Source: Mobula hypostoma (Eukaryota). Taken from it: a DNA stretch of 64,000 nucleotides. The notes beneath the pieces are model-generated. The model saw only the letters and a list, made by a program, of their open reading frames with translations. It was not told the origin of the DNA and ran no database searches. This document shows, piece after piece, positions 11,790 to 24,832 of the stretch (position 1 is its first letter; each line of letters begins with the position of its first letter). Location: contig NC_086118.1 in the NCBI RefSeq assembly GCF_963921235.1, positions 13,704,001 through 13,768,000 on the forward strand, read 5' to 3'. The translations under genes were made by a program, and so were the position numbers.

Positions 11790-13716
11790 TGCTCAATACT
11801 AGCATGGATAGAAGATTGGCTGTCTGGAGGAGACAAACAATGGGAATGGAGGGAGCCTTTTATTGTTGGCTGCTGGAGACTAGTGGTGTTCTGTAGGAGT
11901 CTCTGTTGTGACCACCTTTTTACACATTATATGTCAGTGATTTGGATTCCTGAATTTATGGCTTTGTGGACAAATATGCAGGCAATATGAAAATAGATGG
12001 AGGGGCAGGTAGTGTGGAAGGAGGGAGTTTGCAGAAGGACTTGGATAGATTAGGAGAATGGGCAAAGAAGTGGCAGATGGAATATATTGTATGGTCATGT
12101 ACTTTGCTAGAAAGAATGAAGGCCACAACTATTTTCTAAATAAGGGAAAATTCAGTAATCAAATTTCAAAGTAAATTCATTATCAAAATATACATATATC
12201 ACCATATACAACCCTGAAGTTCATTTTCTTGCAGGCATTCATAGTAATTATAATAGAATCACAATAGAATCAATGAATGACCACACACAGCAGGGCAGAC
12301 AGACAATGAATGTGCAAAATATAACAAACTGTGCAAATACAAAGAGAATAAATAGAAATCATTAAAATAATAATAATAATAATACATAAGCAATAAGTAT
12401 CAAGAACATGAGATGAAGAGCCCTTGAAAGTGAGTCCATAGGTTGTGGGAACAGTTCAGTGATAGGGCAAGAGAAGTTGGGTGAAGTCATCTCCTCTGGT
12501 TCAAGACCCTGATGACTGAAGAGTAATAACGGTTCCTGAACCTGGTGGTGTACGTCCTGATGATCCTGTACCTTCCTCCTGATGGCAGCAGTGAGAAGAG
12601 AGCATGGTTTGGATGGTGGAGATACTTGATGATGGAAGCTTCTTTCCTATGACAGAATTTTATGTAATGTGCTCAGCAGCCATGATGGACCAGGCTGTAT
12701 ACATTATTTTTTGTAGGCTTTTCTATTTAAGAGCATGCTATTTACATACCAGGCTGAGATGCAACCATTCACTTTACTCTTCACCACACATCTATAGATG
12801 TTTGAAAACGTCTTAAATGACATGCTGAACCTTGGCAATCTTCTAACAAAGTAGAGGGGTGCTGTGCTTTCTTCATAATGCAACTTACATGCCAGACCCA
12901 GGACACATCCACTGAAGTGAATTTAAAGTTGCTGACTCTCTGAATCTCTGATCCCCTCGATGAAGTCTGGATCATGGACCTCTGGTTTCTTCCTCCTGAA
13001 GTCAATAATCAGAAGTGGAAAGGAACTTGGGAGTCCCAGTGCAGGAATCCCTAAAAGTGGTAAGGATGGCAAATGTAATGTTTGCATTCATTTTGAGAGA
13101 ACTAGAATATAAAAGCAATGATGAAATGCTAAGGTTTTATAAGGCATTGGTGATGGCACCTGGAGCATTATGAGCAGTTTTGGGGTCCTTATCTAAGAAA
13201 AGATGTACTGGCGTTGGAGAGGGCCCAGAGGAGTTTCACGAGAACGATTCCGGGAATGGAAAGTGTTACTGTAGGAAGAGCATTTGATAGCTCCGTGCCT
13301 GCACTCACTGGAGTTCAGAAGTATGGGGGGAAATCTCAGTGAAGCGTATCAAAAGGCCTGGATAGAGTGGATATGGAGGGGGCAATTCTTGCAGTAGGGG
13401 AGTCTAGTCCAGAGATCACAGCTTCAGATTATAAGGACATCCTTTTGGAAAAGAAAGGAGGAGGAATTTTCTGAGCCAGCGTAGCCAGAGGATGCTGAAG
13501 CCATGGCACTCATTGCCACAGATGGCTATGGAGGCCAAGTCTTTGAGTATATTCAAAGTGGAGGTTTGACAGGTTCTTGATTAGTAAGGGCTTCAAAGGT
13601 TATGGGTAGGTGGCAGGAGAATGGGGTTGAGGAGGATATTAAATCAGCCATGATGCAATGGCAGAGCAGTCCAGATGGACCAAATGTCCCAGCTTTGCTT
13701 CTATGTGTTATGGTCT
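11790..13716 (+). mobile_element. Decayed CR1 LINE 3' portion (11790-12159, 13005-13716) interrupted by a Rex1 element
   Basis: CR1 RT-like WIEDWL..., LQKDLDRLGEWAKKWQM; 3' tail ...TGTTATGGTCT. Confidence 0.8.
12160..13012 (-). mobile_element. Rex1/Babar-clade LINE 3' portion
   Basis: Homologous to 50008-50987 and 61710-62350; minus strand DFRRK...QRVSNFKF. Confidence 0.75.
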
Positions 13717-14279
13717 TTTCTCGAACTTCTTCCACCTCTGATGAACCATTATCCTGAAATATTAACCCTATATGTCTCCAACACTGTTGCCGAGCTTGCT
13801 GCATCTGTCCAGTAGGCCCTCTTTTGAATTTAGAGCAATTTTTCTATCATGCTTGCTTACCATATGGTCCTATTAATGAAGTCTAAAGCTGCCATTGATC
13901 AATTCAATGTTTTGATCTTTTTGATATTAGAATTAGTCACAATCCTGGTCACCTTGACCATCATCCTTCATTTTGTAATTACATTGTCTCCTTTTCCAAA
14001 CTTTAATATTTTTCTCATTTTGATCTTACCCATCACCTCTCTCCTTCATGCATTCAGCTACATCAGGACTTAACTGAAACTCTTCAAGTTCCATTCCCAG
14101 ATTTTCTCGCTTTCATTAAGTCTTTGAAATTCCCGAAGTGCTGTGTTGAACCTTTACATGAAAAATATCTTTGTTTACCCACCTTCAGATTTTCCTTCCT
14201 GCTAATCTCAGCCTTTAAAGCTTGCTCAACAAGTCTGAGATTGTTACTCCCACTGAGGATGTGCGTGGGGCCTATAGGT

Positions 14280-14721
14280 AGGATGAGCAACCAAATCATG
14301 GCACCATGGTTCAGGGAACCATTCAAGAGGGGGGAGAGAAGAGAAATGTAGTTGTAATTGAACATAGTATAATTAGTAGAATAAATACAATTCTCTGGGA
14401 GAAGCATCGAGAGTATCGAAGGCTGTGTTGTCTGCCAGGTGCCCGGGTTCAGGGCATCTCACCTGACCTACAGAGTAATTTAGAGTAGGAGGAGAAAGAT
14501 CCAGTTGTTTTGTTCCATGTGAGTACCAGAGACATATGAAGAACAAGGGAAGATATTCTGCTAAGAGAAGTTGAGTAGTCAAGGATGAAATTGACTTGCA
14601 GAAACAAAAACCTGTAATCTCTCAATTGCTAGCTGAGCAACATACAAATCGTCACAGGGTTAATAGGATCAGTCAAATGCATGGCTCCAAGATTGCTGTG
14701 TGAGAAGTGGATTTGAATTCC
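14280..14721 (+). mobile_element. Old CR1 ORF1 remnant (SGNH/GDSL esterase-like)
   Basis: ORF 14306-14488 VVVIEHSII...CCLPGARVQ resembles the CR1 ORF1 GDS...CCLPGA esterase motifs. Confidence 0.65.
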
Positions 14722-15191
14722 ATAAGACCATAAGACATAAGAGCCGAATTAGGCCACTTGGCCCATTGAATCTGTTCTGCCATTCCATCATGGCTGATTT
14801 ATTATCCCTCTGAATCTCATTCCCCTGCCTTCCCCCTATAACCTTTGTTGCCCAAGCTAATTAAGAGCCTATCAATCTCCTCTTTAAATATGCTCAATGA
14901 TATGCCTCCACAGCTATCTGTGGCAATAAATTCCACAGATTTACCACCCTCTGACTAAGAAATTCCTTTCCTAAATGGACATCCATCTATTCTGAGGCTG
15001 CGCCCTCTTGTCCTAGACTCACCCAATATAGGAAACTTTCTCTCTGGATCCACTCTGTCCAGGCATTTCAATATTCTGTAAGTTTCAATAAAATCTTCCC
15101 TTTTTCTTCTAAACCCCAGCAAGTACAGGCCCAGAGCCATCAAATGATCCTCATATGTTAACCCTTTCATCCCAAGAACCATTCTTGTGAA
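14722..15191 (-). mobile_element. CR1 LINE 3' end
   Basis: (CCATAAGA)n tail; ORF 14955-15206 FTRMV..GLTYED, ESRTRG.SLRI. Confidence 0.85.
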
Positions 15192-16565
15192 AATTGCATA
15201 TGTCACTCCACTCTTTAAGTGAGGGAGGGAGGTAAAAGACAGGAAATTATAGACGTTAGGCTGACTTCAGTGGTGGGTAATATACTGGATTCCATTACTA
15301 AGCTGGGGTTTTGGGGTACTTGGAGGCATGTGATAAAATTAGGCTGAAGTCAGGGTGTTTTCCTTAAGGTGAAATCCTTCATGTAAAATATGTTGGAATT
15401 CTTTGAGGAAATAACAGGCAGGATACACAAAGGAAAGTCAGTGGATGATGCTTAATTGGATTTTCAGAATGCCTTTGACAAGGTGCCACACATGAGGCTG
15501 CTAACCAAGATAAGAACCTATGGTATTATAGAAAAGATTCCAGCAAAGACAAAAAATTGGTTGATTGGCAGAAGGCAGAGTGTGGGAATAAAGGGAGGCT
15601 TTTCTGGTTGGCTACCAGTGACTATTGCTGTTCTGCAGGGGTCTGTGTTGAGTCCGCTAGTTTTCAAGTTATATGTTAATGATCTGGATGACAGATTTGA
15701 TGGTTTTGTGGCCAAGTTCTCTGATGATACAAAGATAGGTGAAGGGGTAGGTAGTGTTAAGGAAGCAGGGAAACTGCTGAAGGACTTGAACAGATTAGGA
15801 GAATGGGTAAAGAAGAAGGAATTGGAACATAGTGTAGGGAAGTGTATTGTCATGCATTTTGTTGAAAGGAATAAAAGTGTAGACTAATTCCTAAATGGGG
15901 AGGTGCAAAGGGATTTGGGAGTCATAGTGTAGGATTCTGTAAAAGTGTTTTTCTTTACAGTTTGAGTTGGTAGTAAGGAAGGCAAATGCAATGTAAGCCT
16001 CCATTTCAAGAGATCTATAATATAAAAGCAAGGATGCAATGCTGAGTCTTCATAAAGCATTGGTCAGATAATTTCCTAATTGTTGAGAGCAGTTTTGGGC
16101 TCCATATCTAGGAAAGGATATGTTGTCGTTGGAGAGGGGCCTTAGGAGGTTTGCAAGAATGATCTCAGGAATGAAAGAGTTAATGTATAAAGAGCATTTG
16201 ATGGCTCTGGAGTTTAGAAGCATAAGAAGAGATCTCATTTAAGCCTACTGAATATTTTAAGGCCTAAATGGGAGTATTTAAGACTAGAGGGCACAGCTTG
16301 AGAAGGATGTCTCTTTCGAACAGAAATGAGAAGCCAGTGAATGGTGAATCTGTGGGATTTATTGCCACAGCTAGCAGTGGAGGGCAAGTCACTGGGCATG
16401 TTTAAAGCAGAGGTTGATAGGTTCTTGATTAGTTAGAGTATTAAAGTTTACAGGGAGAAGGCAGAATAATGAGGTTGAGAGGGATAATGAATCATCAAAG
16501 GTCAAATGATGGGGCAAACTTGACAGTTTGAATGACCTAATTCTGCACTTATACCTTATGGTCTA
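15189..16565 (+). mobile_element. Decayed CR1 LINE, RT to 3' tail
   Basis: ORF 15456-15887 DFQNAFDKVPH, QGSVLSP, KFSDDTK; tail CCTTATGGTCT. Confidence 0.88.
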
Positions 16566-17759
16566 ATCATCATGTGACATTCTACTGTATTAAATGCACT
16601 ACCTAACTGTAAACTCATGTTGTTTTTCCTATTTAATCTCCACAGATGTTGGAGCCATTTTTTTTGCCCTGCAAAATTTCTACAGCTTCCTGTAGAGACC
16701 TCACACTAGCAGGTAAATGCAGTTAAATTGATAATGTCATATAGAAATGGATTGGCTGGTATGTACTCAGTGAATCTCACTGTTTTAAACTTGGATATGA
16801 ATTTCAGGATTACTTTATTCTTTTGTTCAAAATGCCAACAGCCAAAAATCAAATGAACCATTGCAGATTTTATCAAACACTAAAGAACATTTGTTGACAT
16901 GCAGTGTGACAGTAGATAAGGGTTTATTTTTTCCATAACCTTCTTTGTGCTCACACCTGTCAAACATTACTCCAACATGTGTTGACCTACTTTGGCTCCC
17001 AATTAAGAAAAACTTTGATTTTTAAATTCCAATCTACTCAGTACTCAGCCGTCCCTGTTGAGTCCAATACCATTCAACATGTTTAAAACTGTTATGAGAT
17101 ACAGTCAAGAAATCGATCCTGCCATTCTTTCACTGTTCAGTTTTTGTATAATTCTTACACTAACCCATTTTATTTCTCCACACGTTCCCATCAATTTCTT
17201 CCCAAATGCTGACTGGCAGCAATTATTGCTGTCCAATTAACCTACGAATCTACACCTTTTGAGATGTTGGAGGGAATCCTCATTGTTAGTAGGAGAACAT
17301 GGAAAGAGTATTTGAGAAGAGGATCAGACACAAACCAATAGTGAGGAGAGGCAAAAGCTCTACTAGCTGTTCCACTTTGTGTCTGAATTCTGAGCATCGT
17401 CAAAGTTAATCTCCCTTTGGTAGAGGTGCCTTCAGCTTCCACGATCTCTGCCCTGACTTTATCTTCCCACCACACCCCATGATTCTCTCTTTATCTGCCA
17501 AGGAATGAGAAGATATTAAGGTAGATGACCAACTCCCTAGTCAATAGGACAGATCTTTATATACTCAAAAGCTACTCTTTTGGCCAGGCTTTTGCTCATA
17601 TGCCGAATAACATCTTCACTTGTGTCTTGCTGATGGAGAGCTAACAGAAGGGATAAAGTTATGTGTCTTCACTGATCTGTTTCCAGCAGATGCATTTTTC
17701 CAGGGCACCTTTGATAGGAGTGATCACTACAACATCATTCTGGTGGCAAATGTTCTTCA

Positions 17760-18215
17760 TGACCTTCTAGACTAGGCCACAGAGGAGATTCACTAGAATG
17801 GTGTCTGGGATGAAGTGCTTTGACTTTGAGCAGAGATAGAATAAGCTGAGATTGTTTACCTTGGAGATGTGAAGGCCAAGGAGGTATCAGACTGAGGTGC
17901 ACAAAATAGATAGATTGGAAAAGATTTTTTCCAAAGCAGAAATGTCTAAAGCCAAAGAGCTTAGGTTTACAGTGAGGTATAAGAACATTAAAGTGGATAT
18001 AAAAGTTCTTTGTCATGCAGAGGATGTTTGCAATCTGAAAAAGTGGTGGAGGCAAGTACTCTCATAACATTAAAAAATTATTTGGGCGAGCACTTGCATT
18101 ATCAAGCCATAGGAGGCTGAGGACCAAAGGCTAATAAATATGTTTAATATAGATAGTACCAGTCAGTTGATATGTACCTAGTGGGTTGAAAAGTTTGTTT
18201 CCGTACTGTGCAATT
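17760..18215 (+). mobile_element. Very old CR1 3' fragment
   Basis: GGAGATTCACTAGAATGG...CAGAGGATGTTTGCAATCTG resembles younger CR1 3' ends in the window. Confidence 0.55.
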
Positions 18216-19479
18216 TTTTCAAATATGTATATGACTATACGACGCAAAACAACTCCCAATGTGTTGTGTAGAATTTCCATCATGCTTACTGGAATGGATT
18301 AAGGCTGTGTAACAAAAATATTTAAAAATTCATTATAAGTTCTTTCCCCATTCAGCTCGGGTGATTCATATATGCATTCACAAACAAAGGGAGACTGCAT
18401 GTGTGCTGAAGGCCACAAGAAAACACTTTACTGGAACTAGTGCAAATGCAATAAAGAAAGAAAAACAAACATCTACGGTCGTAGTTGAAGTACAGAAAGC
18501 AAACTAGTACTTTTCATCCACTAAACGATCGAACTGGAGAATGCCAACAAACATTCACATAGTCTTTTCTCTGTCTAACTAATCTCGACATACTTGTCCC
18601 TATCTTCTCCAACTCTTAGCACTAACTCTGGTCATGACCTAGCCTAAGACAAAGTTCTCATCCTGCACCAAGAAGTTGCACCTTTTTTATACCCTTTAAG
18701 ATGTCTTTAAAGCAAAACATAATTATCACCCAAGTGCTTTTCCATTCCTTCATGGTTCCAGCTGCACCCAAATATCTCTTATGAACATCAGCCCAGACAC
18801 ATAATTTAGGAAAAAAGAGACAACAGGTCTGTTAGGATGAATATATTATTCATTATCTAATCTCAGGGATGTGCACTGATGCACGTCTCCGGACTATCAC
18901 AACATTCCAAGCTGACACCATTTTTTCTTCGAACTTCCGTTTTATTTTGACATGTACAAAGCAGCAATCACAATTAACTCTCCCTTTACAAGCTGGGAGT
19001 TCAAAACAGAGATTCATGATGTATTGTTTATCATTGGTAGCAATAGATGGTATTCCACAAAACATGTATGTTCATAACATGACATATTTTTATCATTCAG
19101 TCATGTTACAGAGACCAGTATCTGGGTGCCAATGATAATGCTAAAGCATTTGTAATCATCTTCTATCGGAAGCGAGTGGCTCTTCTTGGTGTTGTCTGTT
19201 GATTTTGGCTGTTACAGAAGCCATTCTCCAGCCACTTCAATTTACTACACTTGGTATAAAGAAATGGAGGATAGTACTGAAAATTTCAAAGTCAGAGGAA
19301 CCAAAAACATCTCTATTGGAGTACTTAAGATGTCTATTCCAGAACCAACTGTCCCTCCAGCCAAGTTATTCCAGTACAGTTACAATGCTAGCATCCGCTC
19401 AATGAAGCATGGTAATAATCAAATTAATTACTGCTCATTAGTTAGCTAATTATCAGTAAAGATGTCAACAATGTTAGTG

Positions 19480-20110
19480 ATTCATCTGAGCGTCACTTAA
19501 TGCCTTACAAGCTGCTCACCAAAACTCATCTCGGGATTTACCACTAGGACCTCTTGGATCCAAACTCATGGTGATGTGAGAACAATTGGCCTTGACTTCG
19601 AGGTAGTACTTGACTGAGTGCATCAACAAGGAATCTCAGAAAAGCTTTTGCTAACTTATTGTAGTTGATGGAGGTCAATAATCAATGCCCTGATTCATTG
19701 CTAAAAAGGCTTTTCAGGGCCATGTCCTGGACCAATCATTTTCATCTTTTTCATCAATGACCTCCTTCGGTTATAAAGCTAAAAGTGATTTGATGATTGG
19801 AAACAAAAGTCAATTACATTACAATTCCTCAAAAAATGAAACAGCTCACATGTTGATGTAGCAAGATCAAGATAACTTTTGGTAAACTATATGTCACACA
19901 AGTGCAGAGCAACAAGACTAAAGCATCTCCCTTTGACATGCAATAGCATTCAGAGTTCCACAGCATCCACATTCTGGGGTCACTATTAACCAGAAAATAA
20001 TAGGACCATCCAGATAAATACTAGGTCCTTAAGGAGCAGATCAGAAGCTGCATATGAATCTCCTGACGCCCAGATTATTTCCAACATCAAATCAGGATTG
20101 TACTGGAATG
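19480..20110 (+). mobile_element. Very old LINE RT fragment (CR1/L2-type)
   Basis: CAGGGCCATGTCCTGGACCAATCATTTTCATCTTTTTCATCAATGACCT resembles QGSVLGP..F..FINDL. Confidence 0.5.
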
Positions 20111-20469
20111 TACATACTGTATATCAGGAACATTGCTCAGCCCACAACAAAAACAAGCCTCCTCCCCATTAGGCTCTGGCTACACATCTCACTACTTTGG
20201 AAAAACAGCCAACATGAATGAAAATGCCTCCCACCTCAGACGTTCTTCACTTGGAGGTGCAATAGCAGAAACAGGCCCAACAAGCCTGCGCCATCCAATT
20301 ACGCCCATGCGACCAATGAACCTACTAACTTGTACATCTTTGGAATGAACGAGGAAACCACAGCACCCCGAGGAACCCTACATGTCCATGGGGAGAACGT
20401 ACAAACTCCTGACAGGCAGCATTAACCCGAGTAACACACATCAAAGTTGCTGGTGAACGCAACAGGGTA

Positions 20470-20507
20470 CAGTCGAAGTTTCAGGCCGAGACACTTCGTC
20501 AGGACTA
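20470..20507 (-). ncRNA. Mutated minimal hammerhead ribozyme of the Penelope 3' region
   Basis: TAGTC-CTGACGA-AGTGTCTCGGCCT-GAAA-CT-TC-GACTG; stem II has one mismatch and the ACGT palindrome has become ACTT. Confidence 0.6.
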
Positions 20508-20812
20508 ACAGAAGGAAGAGCTAGTAAGAAATTGGAAAGTGGCAGGGGGAGGGGGAGGGGGAGATCCAAAATGATAGGAGAAAACAGGAGGGGGAGGGAT
20601 GGAGCCAGGAGCTGGACAGGTGATTGGCAAAAGGAATATGAGAGGATCATGGGACAGGAAGCTCAGGGAGAAGGAAAGGGGGAGGGGGAGAACCCAGAGG
20701 ATAGGCAAGGGGTATAGTCAGAGGGACAAAGGGAGAAAAAGGAGAGAAAGAGAAAGAATGTGTGTATAGAAATAAATAAATAATGGATGGGGTACAAGGG
20801 GGAGGTGGGGCA

Positions 20813-21850
20813 TTAGCAGAAGTTAGAGTAGTCAATGTTCATGCCATCAGGTTGGAGGCTACCCAGACGGAATATAAGGTGTTGTTCCTCCAACCTGAGT
20901 GTGGCTTCATCTTTACAGTAGAGGAGGCCGCGAATAGACATATCAGAATGGGAATGGGATGTGGAATTAAAATGTGTGGCCACTGGGAGATCCTGCTTTC
21001 TCTGGCAGACAGAGCGTAGGTGTTCAGCAAAACGATCTCCCAGTCTGTGTCGGGTCTCACCAATATATAGAAGGCCACATCGGGAGCACCGGACGCAGTA
21101 TATCACCCCAGCCAACTCACAGGTGAAGTGTCGCCTCACTTGGAAGGACTGTCTGGGGCCCTGAATGGTGATGAGGGAGGAAGTGTAAGGGCATGTGCAG
21201 CACTTGTTCTGCTTACAAGGATAAGTGCCAGGAGGGAAATCAGTGGGGAGGGATGGGGGGGGGGCGGAATGGACAAGGGAGTCACGTAGGGAGCGATCCC
21301 TGCGGAAAGCAGAGAGAATGGGGGAGGGAAAGATGTGCTTAGTGGCAGGATCCTGTTGGAGGTAGCGGAAGTTACGGAGAATAATATGTTGGACCCGGAG
21401 GCTGGTGTGGTGGTAGGTGAGGACCAGGGGAATCCTATTCCTAGTGGGGTGACGGGAGGATGGAGTGAGAGCAGATGTGCGTGAAATGGGGGAGATGCGT
21501 TTGAGAGCAGAGTTGATGGTGGAGGAAGGGAAGCCCCTTTCTTTAAAAAAGGAGGACACCTCCCTTGTCCTGGAATGAAAAGCCTCATCCTGAGAGCAGA
21601 TGCGGCGGAGACGGAGGAATTGCGAGAAGGGGATGGCATTTTTGCAAGAGACAGGGTGAGAAGAGGAATAGTCCGGATAGCTGTGAGAGTCAGTAGGCTT
21701 ATAGTAGACATCAGTGGATAAGCTGTCTCCAGAGACAGAGACAGAAAGATCTAGAAAGGGGAGGGAGGTGTCAGAAATGGACCAGGTAAACTTGAGGGCA
21801 GGGTGAAAGTTGGAGGCAAAGTTAATAAAGTCAACGAGTTCTGCATGCAT
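20813..21850 (-). pseudogene. Penelope RT-thumb / GIY-YIG ORF fragment, frameshifted from the upstream RT piece 21751-22045
   Basis: 345-aa open frame; a frameshift near 21900 separates it from RT motif 4. Confidence 0.85.
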
Positions 21851-22429
21851 GCAGGAAGCAGCGCCAATGCAGTCGTCAATGTAGCGAAGGAAAAGTGGGG
21901 ACAGATACCAGAATAAGTTTGGAACATAGATTGTTCCACAAAGCCAACAAAAAGACAGGCATAGCTAGGACACATATGGGTGTCCATAGCTACACCGTTA
22001 GTTTGGAGGAAGTGGGAGGAGCCAAAGGAGAAATTATTAAGAGTAAGCATTAAACCCAAGTCCCTGATGCTGTAATAGTGTTACACTAATCACTGTTACT
22101 GTGCCTTGCACAATTCTCCTTACTCATTAAGCAAACTATACAAAAGCCCGAAAGCATATGCCACCAGGATTAAGGACAGCGTTTGTCCCTTATTATAATA
22201 CTACTGAATGTATCTCTTGTAGAATAACATTTAATCTTGATCTTACAATCACCATGACTTTGCACCTTATTTTCTCCCTGCACAGCACTTTCTGTCTGAC
22301 TATAATACCTTTTCCTACATTCCGTTATTACCTTTACCTTTGCCAATAGTTGATAGGGGAGGGGAGAGAAAAGGGCAGGCTTGTTGGATCTGTTATCTAT
22401 CTTCACAACACCTCCAACACTATCTAGAA

Positions 22430-22496
22430 CAGGGGTTCCCAACCTGAAGTCCACAGACCCCTTGCTTAATGGTAGAAATAAGGTTGGGAGCCCTTG
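22430..22496. mobile_element. 67-bp hAT (Charlie-like) MITE
   Basis: 16-bp TIRs CAGGGGTTCCCAACCT / AGGTTGGGAGCCCTTG (2 mismatches); 8-bp flanks ATCTAGAA / ATCTGGAT resembling the nTCTAGAn target. Confidence 0.75.
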
Positions 22497-22699
22497 ATCT
22501 GGATGTACAAAGGAATCAAATACCAGCTCCATCTGTAAGTTCCCCTCCAAGTCACTGTTCAGGCTAAATGGGTCTATATCCTATCAACTCTCTATCTGAT
22601 AGCACAATAGAAGTCACCAGTAAGACGACTGCACTCCAATGAATTGCTACCGACTGAAGTGTGCTTAGAGGTAGTCCTAAAAACTGACTTTGCTATTGC

Positions 22700-23330
22700 T
22701 GTCTCTATGGCCTCCTCTACATTGGTGAGACCTGTCGTAAATTGGGGAACTGCTTTGTTGATTATCTCTGCTCTATCTGCCGAAAGTGAAACTTCCTGTG
22801 GTCAAACATTTTTATTACCATTTCCATTCCCATTCTGACACGTCAGTGCATGGCCTCTATTTGTATCATGAAGGGGCTGCCTTCTGGATGGAGGAGCAAC
22901 ACCTTATATTCCGTCTGAGTAGCCTCCAACCTGATGGCATGAGTATCGATTTCTCCCTCTGGTAAAAATAAATTTCCCTCTCTCCCCCCCCCCCACCCTC
23001 TTCTATTCCCTACTCTGGTCTCTTACCTCATCTCACCTGATTATCACCTCTCCCTGGGTCCCCTCTTCCTTCCCTTTCTCCTATGGTCCACTCTCATCTC
23101 CGATCAGGTTCCTTCCTCTCCACCCCTTTACCACCTGGCTTCACCGAGCACCTTCTAGCTATTCTCCTTTCCCTCTTTCCAATTTTTATTCTGGCATCTT
23201 CCACCTTCTTTTCCAGTCCCGAAGGAGGGTTTTGGCCCAATATGTTGACTGTTTATTCAGTTCCATGGATCCTGCTTGCCCTGCATTTTGTGTGTGTTGC
23301 TTTGGTTTTCCAGCTTCTGCAGAATGCTTT
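22700..23330 (+). mobile_element. Decayed Penelope-like 3' end
   Basis: YIGET remnant (TACATTGGTGAGACC), EEQHLIFRLSSLQPDGM, pyrimidine-rich 3' region, degenerate hammerhead at ~23213-23250, tail TTCCAGCTTCTGCAG. Confidence 0.85.
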
Positions 23331-23984
23331 AAAAAAAGTTGTCGGTCTCTGTCAAATTTTGTTTGGTAATTTTTCTGGGGAAGTGCTTAGGGGCATTTTA
23401 CTAAGCTAAAGGCACTATATTAATATGGATTGTTGATATTTTTCTACTGAAGCCAACTCAAAATAAATAATTGATCAAGTTCTTTGCTCTGGGAAGATTA
23501 TGAAGATCCTTATCACACTGGAATGCTTTGATGGCTTCTGCTTTTTTTTAAAAGATCTTTAAATGAAATAAACTTGTTTGATTTTCTTTCCAAAATGTGA
23601 TGTTAAATTATTGCAGCAGCTCCAGATTGTTTTGCACTTGATGCTTTTGTTCTTTCCAGTGAGCCATGTGCAATCACCTAATGATTCATTTTTGGCTGGT
23701 TGATATTTCTCATAATCTTGTTTTTCTAAGTTTTACAATACCTCCCAAATTGAGAATTAGATAAATGATGCAATTGCTTGTAAGTTTTCAGAAATCCTTT
23801 TCAGCAATATATCTTCAATATACATTCGATATTGATTGACTGCATTTTGTAAGTGTCACTTTCAACTTCTATATTGATGAAGGATAATTTCAATAAAATT
23901 CATTTTTCAAGATCTTTCTTTATTAATTATTCTTGACCGATTTACTAGGTCATTTCAGAGTCAAACATAGTGGTGGGTAAATGC

Positions 23985-24560
23985 AAGGATATACTGATGA
24001 GGCTTTCTAAACATTAGTCAAACTGCATTTGGAATATTGAAGCAATTTTGAACTCCAAATCAATGGAAGAATATACTGGTTCTGGAGACTGCTCGGGAAC
24101 ATTCACAAAAATTATCCCAGTAATTAAAGGCTTGATGAATGCTTGATGTCTCTGGACCTGTACCCAATGGAATGAGGGGAGGTGTGGGGTGGGTGGGGGG
24201 TGGTAATCTCATTGACATCTACTGTGTACTGAAAGGCACGGATAGAGTGGAGATGGGGAGAATGTTTCTATTAGTAGAAGAGTCCGGCATCCAAGTAGAT
24301 AGCCTCATAATTAAGCACTATCTCTATAAAACTGAGATGAAGAGAAATTTCTTCAACCAGGGTGTGAATCTGTGGAATTGCTTGCCACAGAGGGCTGCAG
24401 AGACCAAGTCTTTGGCTATATTTAAGATGGTTTGATAGGTTCTTGTTTGGTAAGAGGGGTTAAGGGTTACAGGAAGATCGCTAGAGAATGTAGTTGAAAG
24501 AATCAGCCATGATGAATGACAGAGTAGCCTTAATGGACCAAATGGCTTAATCCTGCTAAA
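23985..24560 (+). mobile_element. Old CR1 3' fragment
   Basis: ORF 24139-24435 KTEMKRNFFNQ.VNLWNCLPQRA. Confidence 0.8.
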
Positions 24561-24619
24561 ATCATAAGACTAAAATAATCTAATGTGTCTGGAATCACAC
24601 AGAGATAAGTCTGGTAGAT

Positions 24620-24832
24620 TTTCTCTCATGCAGAGCTTTAATAATAATCTTTTTGAACAGCCCAGTAGTTTTTTGGTTTCATTACATAGAGTATTTTTTT
24701 GAAGTTCCATGTTATTAACTAAATATAAATACCACAGTTGCTGTTGTGGGGTTTGAACTCAGACCTACCAGATTATTAATCCCGCCCTATAGGTTGCCAC
24801 TCCAGTAATTTTACACAACATCACCACTGTAC
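24620..24832 (-). mobile_element. tRNA-derived SINE fragment
   Basis: GTGGGGTTTGAACTC is the reverse complement of a B-box (GAGTTCAAACC). Confidence 0.4.

Larger units (their letters stand above)
20433..22045 (-). mobile_element. 5'-truncated Penelope-like element (RT C-terminus, GIY-YIG endonuclease, 3' region)
   Basis: GVAMDTHMCPSYA (RT motif 4), LPFLD, VIYCVRC..CGLLYIGET; degenerate TSD 20418-20432 / 22046-22061. Confidence 0.93.
20322..22107 (-). mobile_element. V-SINE (20322-20432 and 22046-22107) split by a Penelope insertion
   Basis: V-domain reverse complement on the left; tRNA-derived head continues after the duplicated AGCATTAA(A)CCC(G/A)AGT. Confidence 0.65.

Noticed and set aside
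18853..19449. Cluster of 68-88 aa ORFs in unique DNA
   Set aside because: No recognisable motifs; lengths are compatible with chance.
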